62,031 nt of DNA, filler included, from Sluysia triapertura (GCA_046118255.1; 5 parts of 5 records of this genome joined end to end with filler, not necessarily neighbours in it); one strand, 5' to 3'. Positions 12,285 through 25,130 are shown, counted from the whole stretch's first letter. Numbers and translations are program-made. Notes: generated by a model not told the origin, from the letters alone.

Positions 12285-14780
12285 TATATATAATTATTAC
12301 ATTATTATAAATTATGCTCAATAAATTTTCATGTAAACGTTTTTATATTAATTAATGATTATTTTTCAAAATCTAATAAATATCAATTTATACAATTCAA
12401 TTAAGAAGTCAAAAAAATTCAAACTTAATGAAATGTTGTAGCAACAAGTGTGTTGTTATTTACGATCCGAATAAAAGAATAAGATTAAAATTAATCAATA
12501 CAATCAATAAAAAGAATATTATATTAAGTGTTAAAATATCGAATATAAAACTACCTAAAAGTGATTCTAACCTTTCTAACATAATTCTTTCGCTGCAACC
12601 GACTTCTAATGTTTTTCTCTATATTAGACTTGATAACGCCCTCTTAACTTCATTAGAATTTATCAACACTCTTATGTATCGTACACTTACACCTTTGAAG
12701 ATAAGGTATAAATCGTGTTATACAAAACCATATAACAAATTTATTCACAAAATTTTAATACTTATAACACGATCCTACCACAATTCTCACAGCCAAAATT
12801 TCTATCAAACACAACCCTCTATAAGCATCCAGTAGCAAAATTAAACATTTTATTTTTATTGGATAAAATTTACGATTATTCAATTTCAGAGACTTTCATC
12901 TAATCATCATCATAAAACTTATTTTACTTTTTATTACAATGAAATCCGTTTAAAAATACAATATTACTTGTTGAAAAGATATAATTTGTCCATTCTGATG
13001 TCCAGATATGAAAGATTCAAGAGAGACTTCTTTCTTTTGTTCAGAAATTTTTTTTCATTATTTAAGAACTTTAAATAAGTAAAACTGAAAATATATCGCC
13101 ATATTGTTTTAATATACAATTATTTATACGGATAAGAAAATTGTTCATTATATTCTCGAAATAATGTTTGAGATCCATAATTATTGTAAATATTGTTGAA
13201 AATGACTTGAAAGAATTTTAATGATATTACTAAAAAAGGTTTTTTTTACAACTTAAAAAGGGCAAAAACTTATCTTCATTAATATCAAAAAATTACTAAG
13301 AAACATCCTTAACCAACAAAGTAGAAGTTGGAAAATATTAAACAAACAAAAATCTATCGCACTTAAAATGTAGCCGATAAAACACGGAAAAATTGCTATC
13401 AAGTACATAAACTAATAATATGAAATATAGTAATTGATGAAAATGTAGTAACAACAATGAAACGTGAATTGTAATTAATGAGTATATAGAGAATCTGGCT
13501 CTACACCCATGATACAAAACTCTGCACGTATCAATTTATATTGAATTAAATTAGTTAAGATACTGATTAGAAGGAAGTTATAAATATTGAATAGTTAAAC
13601 ATGGTACATAAATATCAGAAAATTATTGAATATTACCTGGAACAGTTGCCTTTTTAATAATCTTTTGTACAAATTGCTATTTCAGTATTATATTTTGAAA
13701 AATTACTATTTATATACTATTGTAACAAATTGTTTTAACAATGTCAAAATGCTTATATAATAAATACCGTAAAGATTGTGCATTATATTGTATTTTAATA
13801 AAATTTTACCATTTATTTGTGGAAATAGTACTTAATTTTATTTTATTTAGTTTCAAAATAATATAATTTAATTTATAGTGGATTATTTTAACTATGAGAC
13901 AATTAAAAACTTGAACTTGTGCCGAAAATCGAACTTTTACCTCTGCTAAATAACAAACGAGTCAATAAATTGAAATAAAATTAGTAAAAACAATCAAATA
14001 ACAAATTTGACTAAAATAATAAAAATATAAATTATCCTTCAATTCATTGATTCAGAAATATATGATTGAATTTGAAATTCATTTGTTGAGCTAACGCATA
14101 TCCGGAATATCGATTGTGAACAAGAGGCAAACTTATCTTCCTTTTATCTAATAGAACAATTTATGGATTTCTAAATTATGCAAAATATCAGTAAATATTT
14201 TGTTTCCACTTTTTCCAAGTTAGAATTTTCCATACTCAATAAATATTAATTAGCATTAGCTGAATGTTGATTATTTTTATTTATTGTTAGACTTTTTCGC
14301 TATATTTATTGAAATACAAATCATTAAAATTATATTTTAAATCATTTATATAATTCAAAGCTTTGTTTTTTTTCACACTGAATATTTTCACTTATTTTAT
14401 TCACATTTTTTTATTATCATATTATAATTGTTAAACACATTGTCATTAACAGTATTTTTTAGATCAATTATTGGAATATAAACCTGAGTGATGCGTCTAA
14501 AACATAGAAAAGTACTTTATTTATTTCCTGAATTAGTAATATATCTAGTAAATATTTTATCACAAATTTATTAAACATTTCTTAATTAATTTTAATTTCT
14601 TTTCCAATTTATTATTATTTTAATTAAATTTATTTAAGTATTAAACCTTGTTAATTGGTTTTGTTTTATTTTAATTATTTTGTGAGTGGCTTTAATCTTT
14701 GTTTATATTTAAACAAACTAGTCTATATCAAACTAAAAAATCAATTTTTTGCTTAAATTTAAAAATTTATCATTGTGCAA

Positions 14781-17500
14781 TGTAGTGGCCAACCCCTTAA
14801 CTTAAAAATAAAATAAAATTCACCACATAAAACAACACCACTCATCACACCCTTCAAACATAAAACACCACTCAACTCATTTCATAAAACAATAAAATAC
14901 AATCTTAACACTTCACCAAACTACATCTCACAATAAATTAATCCATATCTGAACATCCCAACTCAATAAACTCTTACATTCATCTCAACAACTCAAAACA
15001 CTCACTCACTAAACACCTTATCAAAATTTACAACATCAATTCATCAAACACTTCACCAACCAACTCACAACCATCACATAAACCCCAAAAATCATAAACA
15101 CAAGAACATGCAAATCATACTCGTAACCATTTCAGAAATAATACCATTCTACTCAAATTTCACGCAACAACAACACTCAAAATCCACCTTACACAACAAA
15201 CTCATCATCTACAATCATCTCAACAACACTACAACATATACAAAATTATTTCGCAATAATCTTTATAAAATCAATTTAACTTCAATCTTTCCAATAAATA
15301 GTTCACACCTTGTGCGTGCATCTTATTCTCAGCCATAAACCTTTTTCAATAAACCTCTACTAAACTTATTCCACATTTCCATCCTTCTTTATCACTTTCA
15401 ATCATACTTTTATTTCACTGTTCTAAATATGTAGAAAATCCAAATATTTTAAGAAAGAGAAGATCATGTAAAAACATAGCAAAGGATTTATGCATTAAAT
15501 TATTGTTATTATCATTATTATCTTCTTTTATTATTCCTTATTATCCTTATCATTCTCTATTACCTTTTGTTATTATTCTTATTATTACTGTTATTATTAT
15601 TCTTTCCTAATTATTATTATTATTCCCTAGCAAATTATTATTATTATTCTTTGTTTTCCCTATTATTATTATTATTTTTCAACATTATTATAATTCTTAT
15701 TTTTATTCGTCATTTTCTCTTTTATTATAACCGTTTTACATCTGCACTTTTATTACAAATATTAGTCACTCCTATTACTATTCACTACCATTGTTAATCA
15801 CATGCGTAAATTTATTTATTACATAATAATTGACAACACATAGAGTGCACGATCGGATGGAGTCAGAATTGATTTCAATCAGTGATGTTCATTTTGGCAC
15901 ACCACAGTGCATGAAATACTTCGATCGTGACAAATGAAATAGTACAAAAAATCGATTTGTCACAGCATTGTATAATAGTCTAAACACATGCCTTCTAATC
16001 TTATGCTCATTGGTTAAAAAATAAGAGGGTAGTTTATTTCAACATTAAGCGATTAAAAATAAAAAACATTTGATTAGCCAACCATTCACAGGTTAAAAAC
16101 AAAAAATCAATACAGACAAGAAAGGCAGACAGAAGATACACAACAAAAAAATTAATAGTTCGTCAGCCATTTTGATAAAAATTAATTTAGACGTTTCTTT
16201 TCACAATATTGTAAATTAATCAGACAGACGAAAATTTCAAAAACAATCTCGGCATCCAAATTTTTTAAAGACGATTTTAATCATAATAACCCATATGATG
16301 AATGATTTTAGTCATCATGCACGTTCTGTTGAAGTTCCAGATATCGTTACTGGCAAGAGTGGTGACAAACTAAAATGGAATAAAGCAGTAGTCGGCCGTG
16401 TCACATTTTCTGATAGTATGGAAGATGCAGTTAAAGAAAACCAAGCAAGATATGAGAACCGCGAATGTTTATTTTCCACAGACGGTTACTATACCAACTT
16501 TACAAACAGTGAATTAAATAAAATGTTTAATTGTCAATACGATGTTATAAGTCGCCAGTTTGTATTTCACTATCGCTCTGAATGTTATGATCAAGCTCAT
16601 TCAACAATCAAGGTTAACTGGGAATGTTTAAAACCGTCGGATAGCTTTAGATGTGATACACGACCTGTTAAAGTTTCAGATATCGTTTCTGGCAAGGTCG
16701 GTGATGTACTACAATGGAATAAAGGAGGAGTCTGCAAAGTTACAACTTTAGTGATTACAGAAGTTTCAGTAAAAGAGAGTCAAGCAAGATGCGAAAACCG
16801 AGATAATTTCAGCCAATTCTTCAACCGCAATTACAATACTCTAAGCTACCAGTTTGCACGCTATTATTCCTGTGAACCTCACGATCAAGCTCGTTCAATG
16901 ATTAAGAATAATTTAAAATGTTTAAAGCTGAATGAAGCAAATGAAATTAATCAAGGCAAGTATAACGTAGTGGATTTGACCTACGATGATATGTCAGACT
17001 TAAAATGCGTAGATGATTTAGAGTTATGTAAGTACAGTACGATCAAGTCTGTGGATGTTTGCCGCAACGTATCACGATCAAAAGGTTGTCAGCTGTTGGA
17101 ACACTGGGAAACACTACGCGCTGGCCGTGTTACGTGCTTCGTCCAGTTCAACCGTTCCTGCGAATCCTCCAGAAAAAGAAGGGTAATGTCGATTGTTTTC
17201 ACGTTACATTTTTATCATATTAATTATTTAAATCATTTAATCATTGTTTTGATAGAATATTATAAAAACTGTTTAATTGAACACTCATGTCATCTTTTAT
17301 ATTACAGAAAAATTATCCAGTGCATTGGCGAAGGTGGATCGTTGGAAAAAGAAAAGAGCTGTCACAGGATGAACACTAGATCAATTGTGGACAAACTGAA
17401 AATCTTATATAAATTAATAAATTTTATGTCTATAACTACTTTGTGTCGACCTATATATTTGATAATAAATAAATTTAATATTAAACCTTTCAAATTTCTT
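14781..17500 (+). mobile_element. Cargo-cassette family element, copy III, probably in a DYNC2H1 intron, antisense (3' end not defined)
   Basis: TGTAGTGGCCAACC start, extreme C/A-rich and G-poor arm 14800-15420, TTA tract 15500-15730, ATTGG/GCCAACC motifs ~16010-16085, cargo ORF from 16295. Confidence 0.55.
16295..17379 (+). CDS. Uncharacterised tandem-domain protein; likely exons 16295-17182 and 17308-17379 (319 aa)
   Basis: Long open frame with two ~100-aa homologous units (V(P/S)DIV(T/S)GKxGDxLxWNK...VKExQARxENR...QF..xY..ExxDQAxSxIKxNxxCLK) and a partial third; GG/GTAATG donor at 17183 and TTTTATATTACAG acceptor ending 17307 give an in-frame last exon KNYPVHWRRWIVGKRKELSQDEH*. Confidence 0.6.
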
Positions 17501-17767
17501 TTTAAAATATATACGGGGTTCAACCAATCCTATTTAAATAGATTATTTATAATTTTTGTGGAAACCCTTGATGTAAGGTCAGAACAAACCTATGTAACCA
17601 TAGATTACGAGCCGATTAAACTTTTGAATCCGACGTTTCCTGATAATAAGTTTAAACGCCCTCAATTCGTTCATCAACCATATTATAAAAATTCTCCAAT
17701 TAATTTTTTAAATTTTTATAATAAATCTCGACCCAAGACAACGACCTCACCCATACAAGAAGAGTCC

Positions 17768-17870
17768 CGTGAGTCAATTGACGTAAATGCTTGCAATTGG
17801 TTGATACTTTCAGAGTGTGTTGGAATTAAGGTTATGACATTACTCAAATATGTCAATTGACTGTTTTGGT
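17768..17870 (-). mobile_element. Internal fragment of the piggyBac-type MITE family seen at 50154
   Basis: AATGCTTGCAATTGGTTGATACTTTCAGAGTGTGTTGGAATTAAGGTTATGACAT is the near-exact reverse complement of ~50250-50306. Confidence 0.7.
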
Positions 17871-18431
17871 GGTAAATTTTATTATGAATTTTTTAATGAT
17901 TGATTTTATGTTATCCTTATTATAATTGTTATAAGAAGTTATGTAATAAGGTGTTCCTTGTCTTCTAATTTGGATATAAATGTAAAATCACATAAAAGTA
18001 AAAGTAAACATGAAAATAAAAGCAACACCAAAGTAAAATAACGTATGAAAGTAAAAGGCAGCATACGATTAAAAAGAAATATAGTGTAAAATCAAGTTTG
18101 AAGGTTAGAGCAAAACATAAGAGTGAAGATAAGCCTAAAGACGGAGTATAAAAGCGAGATCAGAAGAACTAGAAACGAAACCTTAAGTAAGCAAGTTAAT
18201 TAATTAATGAAGCATTAAAGATGATAAAATAGATCTAGTCGAAGTATCAAAATTGAGGAAATAAAATATAAAGACATAAGGAATATCGACCTTAAGCCGG
18301 CTATTTAAGCGAAGTATAGTAAACACCCTCAAATTCCTAAATCATTATAATTATCTATGATTTGATGACATTCACTAAGTTCATTGAATATTCATAATTA
18401 GAATGTACTTATAAACATATTTTAATTTTAC

Positions 18432-18715
18432 CTGAAGTAAGGACTCTTCCATTTTTGCTAATTCTATTTTTAATTGTTCTTCTTGATGTAAAAGTGCTGT
18501 TTTACGTTCCTCTAATTTTGGTTTTACATGCTGAATAGTGATAGCTAATAATTGACCACGTAATCCGGCACGCGTAGTAGTAAAATTGATTGGTGATACA
18601 CTAGCCGCTGCATCTGGTGTTAATAATAAGGTACTATCTCTAGTAGCTAGCAGAAGTCTAAATTCTGGATTGAAATCTAATTGTTTATCACCGATAGTTA
18701 TTATCTGTCTAGTAC
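18432..18715 (-). CDS. DYNC2H1: Cytoplasmic dynein 2 heavy chain 1, internal exon (AAA5 region)
   Basis: GTRQIITIGDKQLDFNPEFRLLLATRD...PDAAASVSPINFTTTRAGLRGQLLAITIQHVKPKLEERK...QEEQLKIELAKMEESLLQ matches recalled DYNC2H1 (NFTTTRSGLRGQLL...LAKLEESLL); AG acceptor and GT donor, phase fits the upstream exon. Confidence 0.93.
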
Positions 18716-19179
18716 CTATTAAATTAAGCAAAACATAATGATAATACTAAGTTATTTAAAAACCTACTCATTAACATATATTATTTTTTAAGTTTTTAAA
18801 AATTCTACCTTTTAAATATTGCTAAAAGTGAAAATCATTCAAAAATATTTGTTTCAGATTACATAAAGTACTTGAGGTTTTTGAAGTTGTAGTGATCAAC
18901 GAAGACAGATTTTTAAAAACGAAGTATTTCGTATAGAAGAAACAGTGACCTCAATAAATAAATGTGCATCTTACAATCAATCAAAGATATTTGTTTTACT
19001 AATTAGGCTTCTATTATCTAATGGAATTTTGATTTATAATACTTTTTATATGCATTTTAATTATATTAATATAGGATTTTTAGTTAGTTTGGGGGTTGGG
19101 AAATATTTCTACGTTCTGAACATAAAATATAATAATGTGGTATAAATTTTTATTTGGAAAAAATTAGATTGATTGCGTA

Positions 19180-19270
19180 CACTCAAACCTGTTTTTATTT
19201 GTGCGTTTTTTGTGCGATTGTAATTAAACTATGAGATCGCACAAAAAATCGCATAAAACAGGTTTAAGTG
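19180..19270. mobile_element. Palindromic Tc1/mariner-type MITE (91 bp)
   Basis: TA-CACTCAAACCTGTTTT...AAAACAGGTTTAAGTG-TA; almost the whole element is an inverted repeat; TA TSD. Confidence 0.75.
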
Positions 19271-19369
19271 TAATTTGTTTTCAACTGAATTTATTTTCGT
19301 GCCTTTTGCATATTTTGTTTTACTACTGAATTATTAATTCTTTTTGGAATTAGTCATTGTGTTTCGTAT

Positions 19370-20155
19370 TGCTGTGGTTTTCTCAATTTCTAATCTACGG
19401 CAAAATAAAATTAAGCAGGGTCCGCTTACAGCGTTCCTGTAAATATAACGAACGCTAATGATTATTTGCTTTATTGGAAATGGAGGGCGGTTTATAGCTT
19501 AATTCGTTAATTTTCTAATCAATTGATTCTCAACAAAACTTTACTTAACTCTATAAAATTATCAATATTAATAAAATGAACACAACATAGTTTATTAATA
19601 CAGTGCTTAAACAGTACATATATATATATATATATTACAATGTAAAGATGGAAAATCAAGATTATATAATGTAATTTATAATTGCAATATAAATTGTATC
19701 TTTAATAAACTTTTATGAGTTTATTATAAATTTTTTCTCCTCATTACATCGGGATTTTGAAAATATAATCCACAAAGATTTTACGTATTTTTATTTAATA
19801 TTTTTATTTCCTCGATGGAAAATAAAAACGCCTTATAAAAACAACTTATGGATGACATGGAAATTTGGAATAAAGATGGATTAATCAGCAACTTGTCGAT
19901 GAACAAAATAGAGAAGAATTAATCAAAATTGTTTTAGAATAAAAAAGGAGACTGCAAATTTTTATGTTTACATTAACTGTGGCTATTTATATAAACCAAT
20001 AGCCAATCAAAGGAAAGTCGGATTCCAGAATGTTCAAGAACATACTAGAAGCTTATTTTCTATTTTTAGTAAGAAATTTTCTTTTCGAGAAATGAAGATA
20101 AATTAATGGTGTAAGTTGTTTTTGTAGTATTAAATGATTACATGACAACCTAACA
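19370..20155 (-). mobile_element. Solo LTR, LTR-B copy B, in DYNC2H1 intron
   Basis: Minus strand TGTTAGGTTGTCAT...AAAACCACAGCA, internal ATTGG boxes plus TATATAAA; perfect 4-bp TSD GTAT (19366-19369 and 20156-20159). Confidence 0.85.
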
Positions 20156-20181
20156 GTATGTACATTTTACTTTATATATTG

Positions 20182-20326
20182 CAGGGATGGGCAACTTAGA
20201 CTAATAACAGGGTCAAGAATATCATACTTAATTTAAAGTTTTTATTAAATATGAATAGAGAAAATATAGGGAAAATAATACAGACTCCGTATTATAGGGC
20301 CACAAAACTTTATGAAAAGAGCCACT
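20182..20326 (+). mobile_element. hAT-type terminal fragment
   Basis: CAGGGATGGGCAAC terminus with downstream GGGCCAC/GAGCCAC subterminal motifs; no partner end found. Confidence 0.4.
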
Positions 20327-20507
20327 TTATATTACTAATTATTATGTTATTCAATTTGAAAAATATTGTCAATTATGAATATGAAAATTATATTTTTAGA
20401 GTTAAAAATGAAATCGCAAATATTCAATTCTTTATATATTTAACAATAATAATTGTTTAACATAAATAATTAGACAATATGCAAATAATAATAATAATAT
20501 TAATAAC

Positions 20508-20631
20508 CTTGCGTTACCACTTCCTTACGTAATATCGGATAAAGAATCGGTTCTACTTTATCCAATTCTTGAATAACCAAAGTTTTTCCGAATCGAATAG
20601 CAAGCTCTAATGCAGTATTAAAATTAGAATC
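20508..20631 (-). CDS. DYNC2H1: Cytoplasmic dynein 2 heavy chain 1, internal exon (absent from ORF track)
   Basis: [41 protein letters not shown](G), cf. recalled DSNFITALELAVRFGKTLIIQEMDGVEPVLYPLLRRDLVAQG; TTTAG acceptor, GT donor, phase 1 joins the 18715 exon. Confidence 0.93.
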
Positions 20632-21858
20632 CTAAATCCAAAATAATTATATAAAATTAACATTATTTTATTAATAATAATAATTTAATAATAAAAATAC
20701 ATATTACTAGGACATTTCAATAGCAATACATCTTTTATAAGTTCAGATAAAGCATATTGTACCTAATTTTGTGTACTTAATTGAGAATTATGCTACAGAA
20801 TATTTTGTTAAAGAAAATAGTAACGTCGGCGCTATATTTTCATTATTTTTGAAGGTTCTTTGAGAAAAAAATATATTCATTTGTTACATATTTCAAGGCA
20901 AGAAAAATAGGCATTATATGGTGAATATGAAAATATGAACAATAAATTAAATCGATACAAATTGTTATGTGGTAAATTAAAATATTTAAATATAATTAAT
21001 AATAGGGTAAATAAACTAATTAATTAAAAATAATAACAAGAAATTCATTGCACTACTTTCTTAAAATTGCGATAACAGATAGTTAAATATTACGAAAGAG
21101 TTATTGTGATAAATAAATTTGTTTAAAAATTTAAACATTGTAACATTTTATTTGTACTATATATATGGTATACTTTATTACAAATTTAAATATTAATAAC
21201 CTTTCGAAGTTGCTTCGCTGCTTAATTAGTACTAATTTTTACTGTGCGTCGTTAGAATTTCGAGGTTGCGTTGTTTTGGTTGCGAGTCTAATTTTTTTGA
21301 AATTTTCTTTTTTTCTAAAAGATGGCACAACTTTTGTTTCTAATTGCGCCATGCCATCAAAACTCAGGGATTCCCTTTCTAACTGAAAATCAACGCAATT
21401 TTATACAGTTTTATTTTCACTTTGTTTTGCTAATTTTAGAGTTTATGTAGTGTGTTGTGCTTTTTTAAAAGAGAATAAATTTTGATAAATTTTTACGGGT
21501 TGTTTCTGGTTACAAAAAAGGTATTTTCGTAACCTTAGAACCTACCTTCGATCTTTACATGGTTTGCTATAGAAAATCTTAATTCACTTCGCGTCGTGTT
21601 TTTTGGAACGTAATCCCTGCGCAAAGTGAGGTATTGGTGTATACTTTTCAAAAGAAAATAAATTATAAATCAATAAAGGGCATTCAAAATTAATAATAAT
21701 TAAAAACATAATAAATGTTAATCTAAATAAAAATAAATAACAAGTTCACAAAGAAGTATTATTAAATTATCAAAAAAGACGTAAAAATGATGAAAACATT
21801 ACCTTAATAAATTACAACATAAACGAAGATCAAATAACAGTAGTAATTAACTATAATG

Positions 21859-22246
21859 TAAGGTGACCAAACGTCACGCTTTTCGCGGGACAGTCCCGAT
21901 GTTTCACAATTTGTCCCGCGTCCCGCGTCCCGCGACGTTTTTCAAAAGTCCCGACTTTTAGAATTAAGTTAAATTTTATATTTATTTAAATCATTGTTTT
22001 GCGTTCTAAGAATCCTACGGGCTACTAATATATTGCTTTTGCTACCCAGTTACATTGTATTTGTCTCTCAGATGATACAAATAAATATTACAAATCTGCT
22101 ACTTACCATAGAAAATTAAGGTAAGTCTTATGCTAAACATAAAAAATATTACGATATTATTTTTATTCTGTATGAAAATTTTTGTTGATACTTCCCCCTC
22201 CTTCGGAGTTGTCCCGCTTTGCCCATCTAAAAATCTGGTCACCTTA
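21859..22246. mobile_element. hAT (Blackjack-like) non-autonomous element
   Basis: TIRs TAAGGTGACCA / TGGTCACCTTA with multiple GTCCCG subterminal repeats; TSD not preserved. Confidence 0.75.
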
Positions 22247-22394
22247 TTTTTGAAGAAAGTAATTTATTATTTATTGACAACCCTCTAAAATTATGCAATA
22301 TATCATTAAAAAACTTTCAAAAATATTTATTTTCCAAAAAAGTAGAAGCTTCTAGAATGTTCATATTGGCTGATGATCTAGCATCGGTTCAATT

Positions 22395-22472
22395 ACAATT
22401 TAAACACACAATTTAAACACACAATTTAAACACACAATTTAAACACACAATTTAAACACACAATTTAAACAC
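22395..22472 (+). repeat. 13-bp tandem repeat (ACAATTTAAACAC)x6
   Basis: Six consecutive copies read directly. Confidence 0.9.
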
Positions 22473-22731
22473 AATCGCTTTATCATAACTGCTTTATTAC
22501 GGATTCATTGAAGCAACTCCTTTTTTAAATTTTATGTGAAGACGGTTTATTCAATCAAATCGGATTTGATTTATTCGTTTTCAGACAGTTTCAAAGGCCT
22601 TATTCCAATCATCTAATTGGTTGTTTGATAAGATTTATTATTATAAGGAAGTTTCAATCTGAAAAATTGAAATAATAAAATACACTCAAATTAACCTCGA
22701 TCTAGTTGAGGAGAACGTTTATAATTTAAAT

Positions 22732-23205
22732 CAGTGATTCCTCCAGGGTTCGATTACAACCTGCAAGTAGTCTACCTGGGCGAAAAAAATTGGGAGTCTG
22801 TGAAATGAAAATGGGGGTCAATGGCAAGAAAATTCAAAAATTGCAAAAAACAGTATAATTGATATAATTTTGACATTAAAAAATTACAAAAATATAATAT
22901 TATTAATATAATTAATATCGTGGGTCTAAAACTGCTTTCACTTGATCTCGGGGCATTTTATACGCGTCTCACTCACTCCAGTGAGTCTTCTAAATGCGCG
23001 AAAATAACTACGCATCGAATCGACTCATAAATTTTAAATTTAATTAATAAATGTATAAAAGTGTGTTGTTTTTTTACTTTTTCACATTATAGGTACTTCG
23101 CTACTGTTAGAAATTTAAATAATTTCAAGGTGAATAGTAGAGGGTCTATCTAAAATTAAAAACATGACAAGGGGTCTACCAGAGAAAAAAGTTTGGGAAA
23201 CTCTG
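22732..23205. mobile_element. hAT (Charlie-like) MITE
   Basis: Ends CAGTGATTCC / GTTTGGGAAACTCTG; 8-bp flanks ATTTAAAT and ATTTAAAA (7/8). Confidence 0.75.
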
Positions 23206-23590
23206 ATTTAAAATAATATAGGTTAAAATCAAAGATCTTAAGATTTTGATTTCAAATTGATAGATTTTTTTAAGACTTGATCTAATAACTGAACTTTTGT
23301 CTTTTTATTAGTAATTTGCTGATTTTTTAATTAATAGATTTTAATTACATTGATTAATTAAAGTGATTAAGAAGACTCTCTAATTTCATTAATAGGTTTT
23401 ATTTCAAGCTTGTGTGTTAAAATTAACTTAGTATTACTTAGAGAAACTCCATCTTTATGACATAAGAAGTTTACTGTAACCAGACCCTGTTCAATTTTAT
23501 TTTGCCGTAGGTTAAGAATTAAAAAAAACCACAACAATTTATTTATATAATTTTTTAAAATGGGAAACTCTAAGCTTATTTTAACTCTTA

Positions 23591-23656
23591 TAGAATAATG
23601 ATAGTATAATTGACTATAATAAATTGTATTGTTAGATGGGGCTGACAGCTCAGTGG
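23591..23656 (+). mobile_element. LTR-A fragment (AT spacer plus tRNA 5' half)
   Basis: TAGAATAATGATAGTATAATTGACTATAAT...TGTTAGATGGGGCTGACAGCTCAGTGG. Confidence 0.75.
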
Positions 23657-24349
23657 TCCCGCCTCCCTAGACACATTTGTAGATGTAACTCTTGGTTCTT
23701 GGGAACCAGAAAATGATTCTGTCTTTAAAAAGTTAGGTTTCCGTAAAGGTGATATTACTGGGTTGGCACGCCAGTGTATCGAGCTATTCCTAGAATCTTC
23801 CTTTAATATCTATAAAGACCATTCTCTTCAATATTAATTCTCGTGCCTTTGGGTTTCATTTCCTTTTTTGTGACGAATAATATTATGATTCTTTCTTTAT
23901 CTCCCTTTAATACATTAATAAAATCCTTTGAATTTTCCAATGCAACAACCATATTATTTCTTCTTCTTTTTAAATGCTTGTAAATCTTCCATTTTCCCCT
24001 CTATATAATGAATTTTTAAATTATTCCAATCTTTTTCTCTCTTATTTCTTATAGAAAATTGTTTTTATTTGAAAATTTAATTAAGGTTAATGGAATCAAA
24101 TTAAAGAATTTATTTTTATCTTTACAATGTCATTAAGATAACAGGTAAAACATTTATTTACAAAATAAGCTAATACACTATTTGGGTTTATAACAGTATC
24201 GCAGAGTAATAACGAATAAAGTTCTTCAATTAAACTGAAATATGCCATTGTCTTAGCTTCACATCTTTTTCTGAAAGAGAAACAAACTATGTGATAATTG
24301 TAATAATTATTCTCAAAATGTAAAATAAAAATAAAAATATAATTTACTT

Positions 24350-25130
24350 TGGAAAAAATTGTAATGTCGAAGTATCTTAATGATGTTGGTTTAACTTGAG
24401 ATTGATCGAATGGCGAGCACCAAGAATTGATTACTTCGAGAACTGGAATTGGCATTAATTCCTATAATCCATGTGCATAAGGACATGATTTGCCATACAT
24501 AGTACATAGTCCTGTTGTTGAAGTTTCGTAGATGTATATAGCAGATTTCATATAATATGATTTAATTTGACAGCATTTTTTCCATGGTTTATCATGAGTC
24601 GGATTTTAGATGAACATCTGTAGTTGATAAAACATGATTATTGCTAATTACACCAATGGAAGAGTCAGAGTTGAAATTGAATTGCCTTAACATGGCTAAT
24701 GTTTACACTCTAAGTATTAGGTAATAAAGTTACAATGTTATTATCAGTATTAGTGATAGCTAACGAATTACATTGACATACAGGATGTTGTAGTGATTGT
24801 TTGAACATACTAAGTTGATTTTTTAAAATAAGGTCTTTATTTCTTTTTGTTAACTCATAATGATAATCAATAATCTTTAATAACGTTACTGAAAGAAACA
24901 TGTTAGCTATCAAAGTTTGAATATAATCTCGTAATTCTGAACAATAACTTTTATTAACAGCTCTTCGTTTGTTTCTGCTTGATTAGTGTGATATTTTCTA
25001 AATTTACTGACAATTAATACCTGATCACGCTTTATGACTTTAAATGCGTATTATCATAGTCATAATAATCTTCATACTCATAATGATCATTATACAAATT
25101 GTCGTCAAAATTATTATTAAATTTTTCATG
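24350..25130 (-). pseudogene. Decayed ORF ending in a CCCH zinc finger homologous to the one at 11881
   Basis: 24536-24471 encodes (KSAI)YIYETSTTGLCTMYGKSCPYAH(GL*EL), same x9/x6/x3 spacing with the first Cys codon as TAC; broken upstream frames include ORF 24710-24913; CCAAT box at ~25292. Confidence 0.6.

Larger units (their letters stand above)
22271..23536 (+). mobile_element. LTR-B copy C (5' eroded, interrupted by a hAT MITE)
   Basis: GAAGCTTCTAGAATGTTC, ATTGGCTGATGA and the 3' block ACTGTAACCAGACCCTG...TTTTGCCGTAGGTTAAG...AAAACCACAACA shared with other copies. Confidence 0.7.

Noticed and set aside
13500-14260. Next DYNC2H1 exon or a Merlin-type transposase
   Set aside because: Minus-strand translations did not match the expected dynein continuation (GNILEN-like); the transposase resemblance was too weak.
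17380-17860. C-terminal part of the 521-aa track ORF as real protein
   Set aside because: It reads through a likely intron, an AT-rich low-complexity stretch and a piggyBac MITE fragment (17768-17870).
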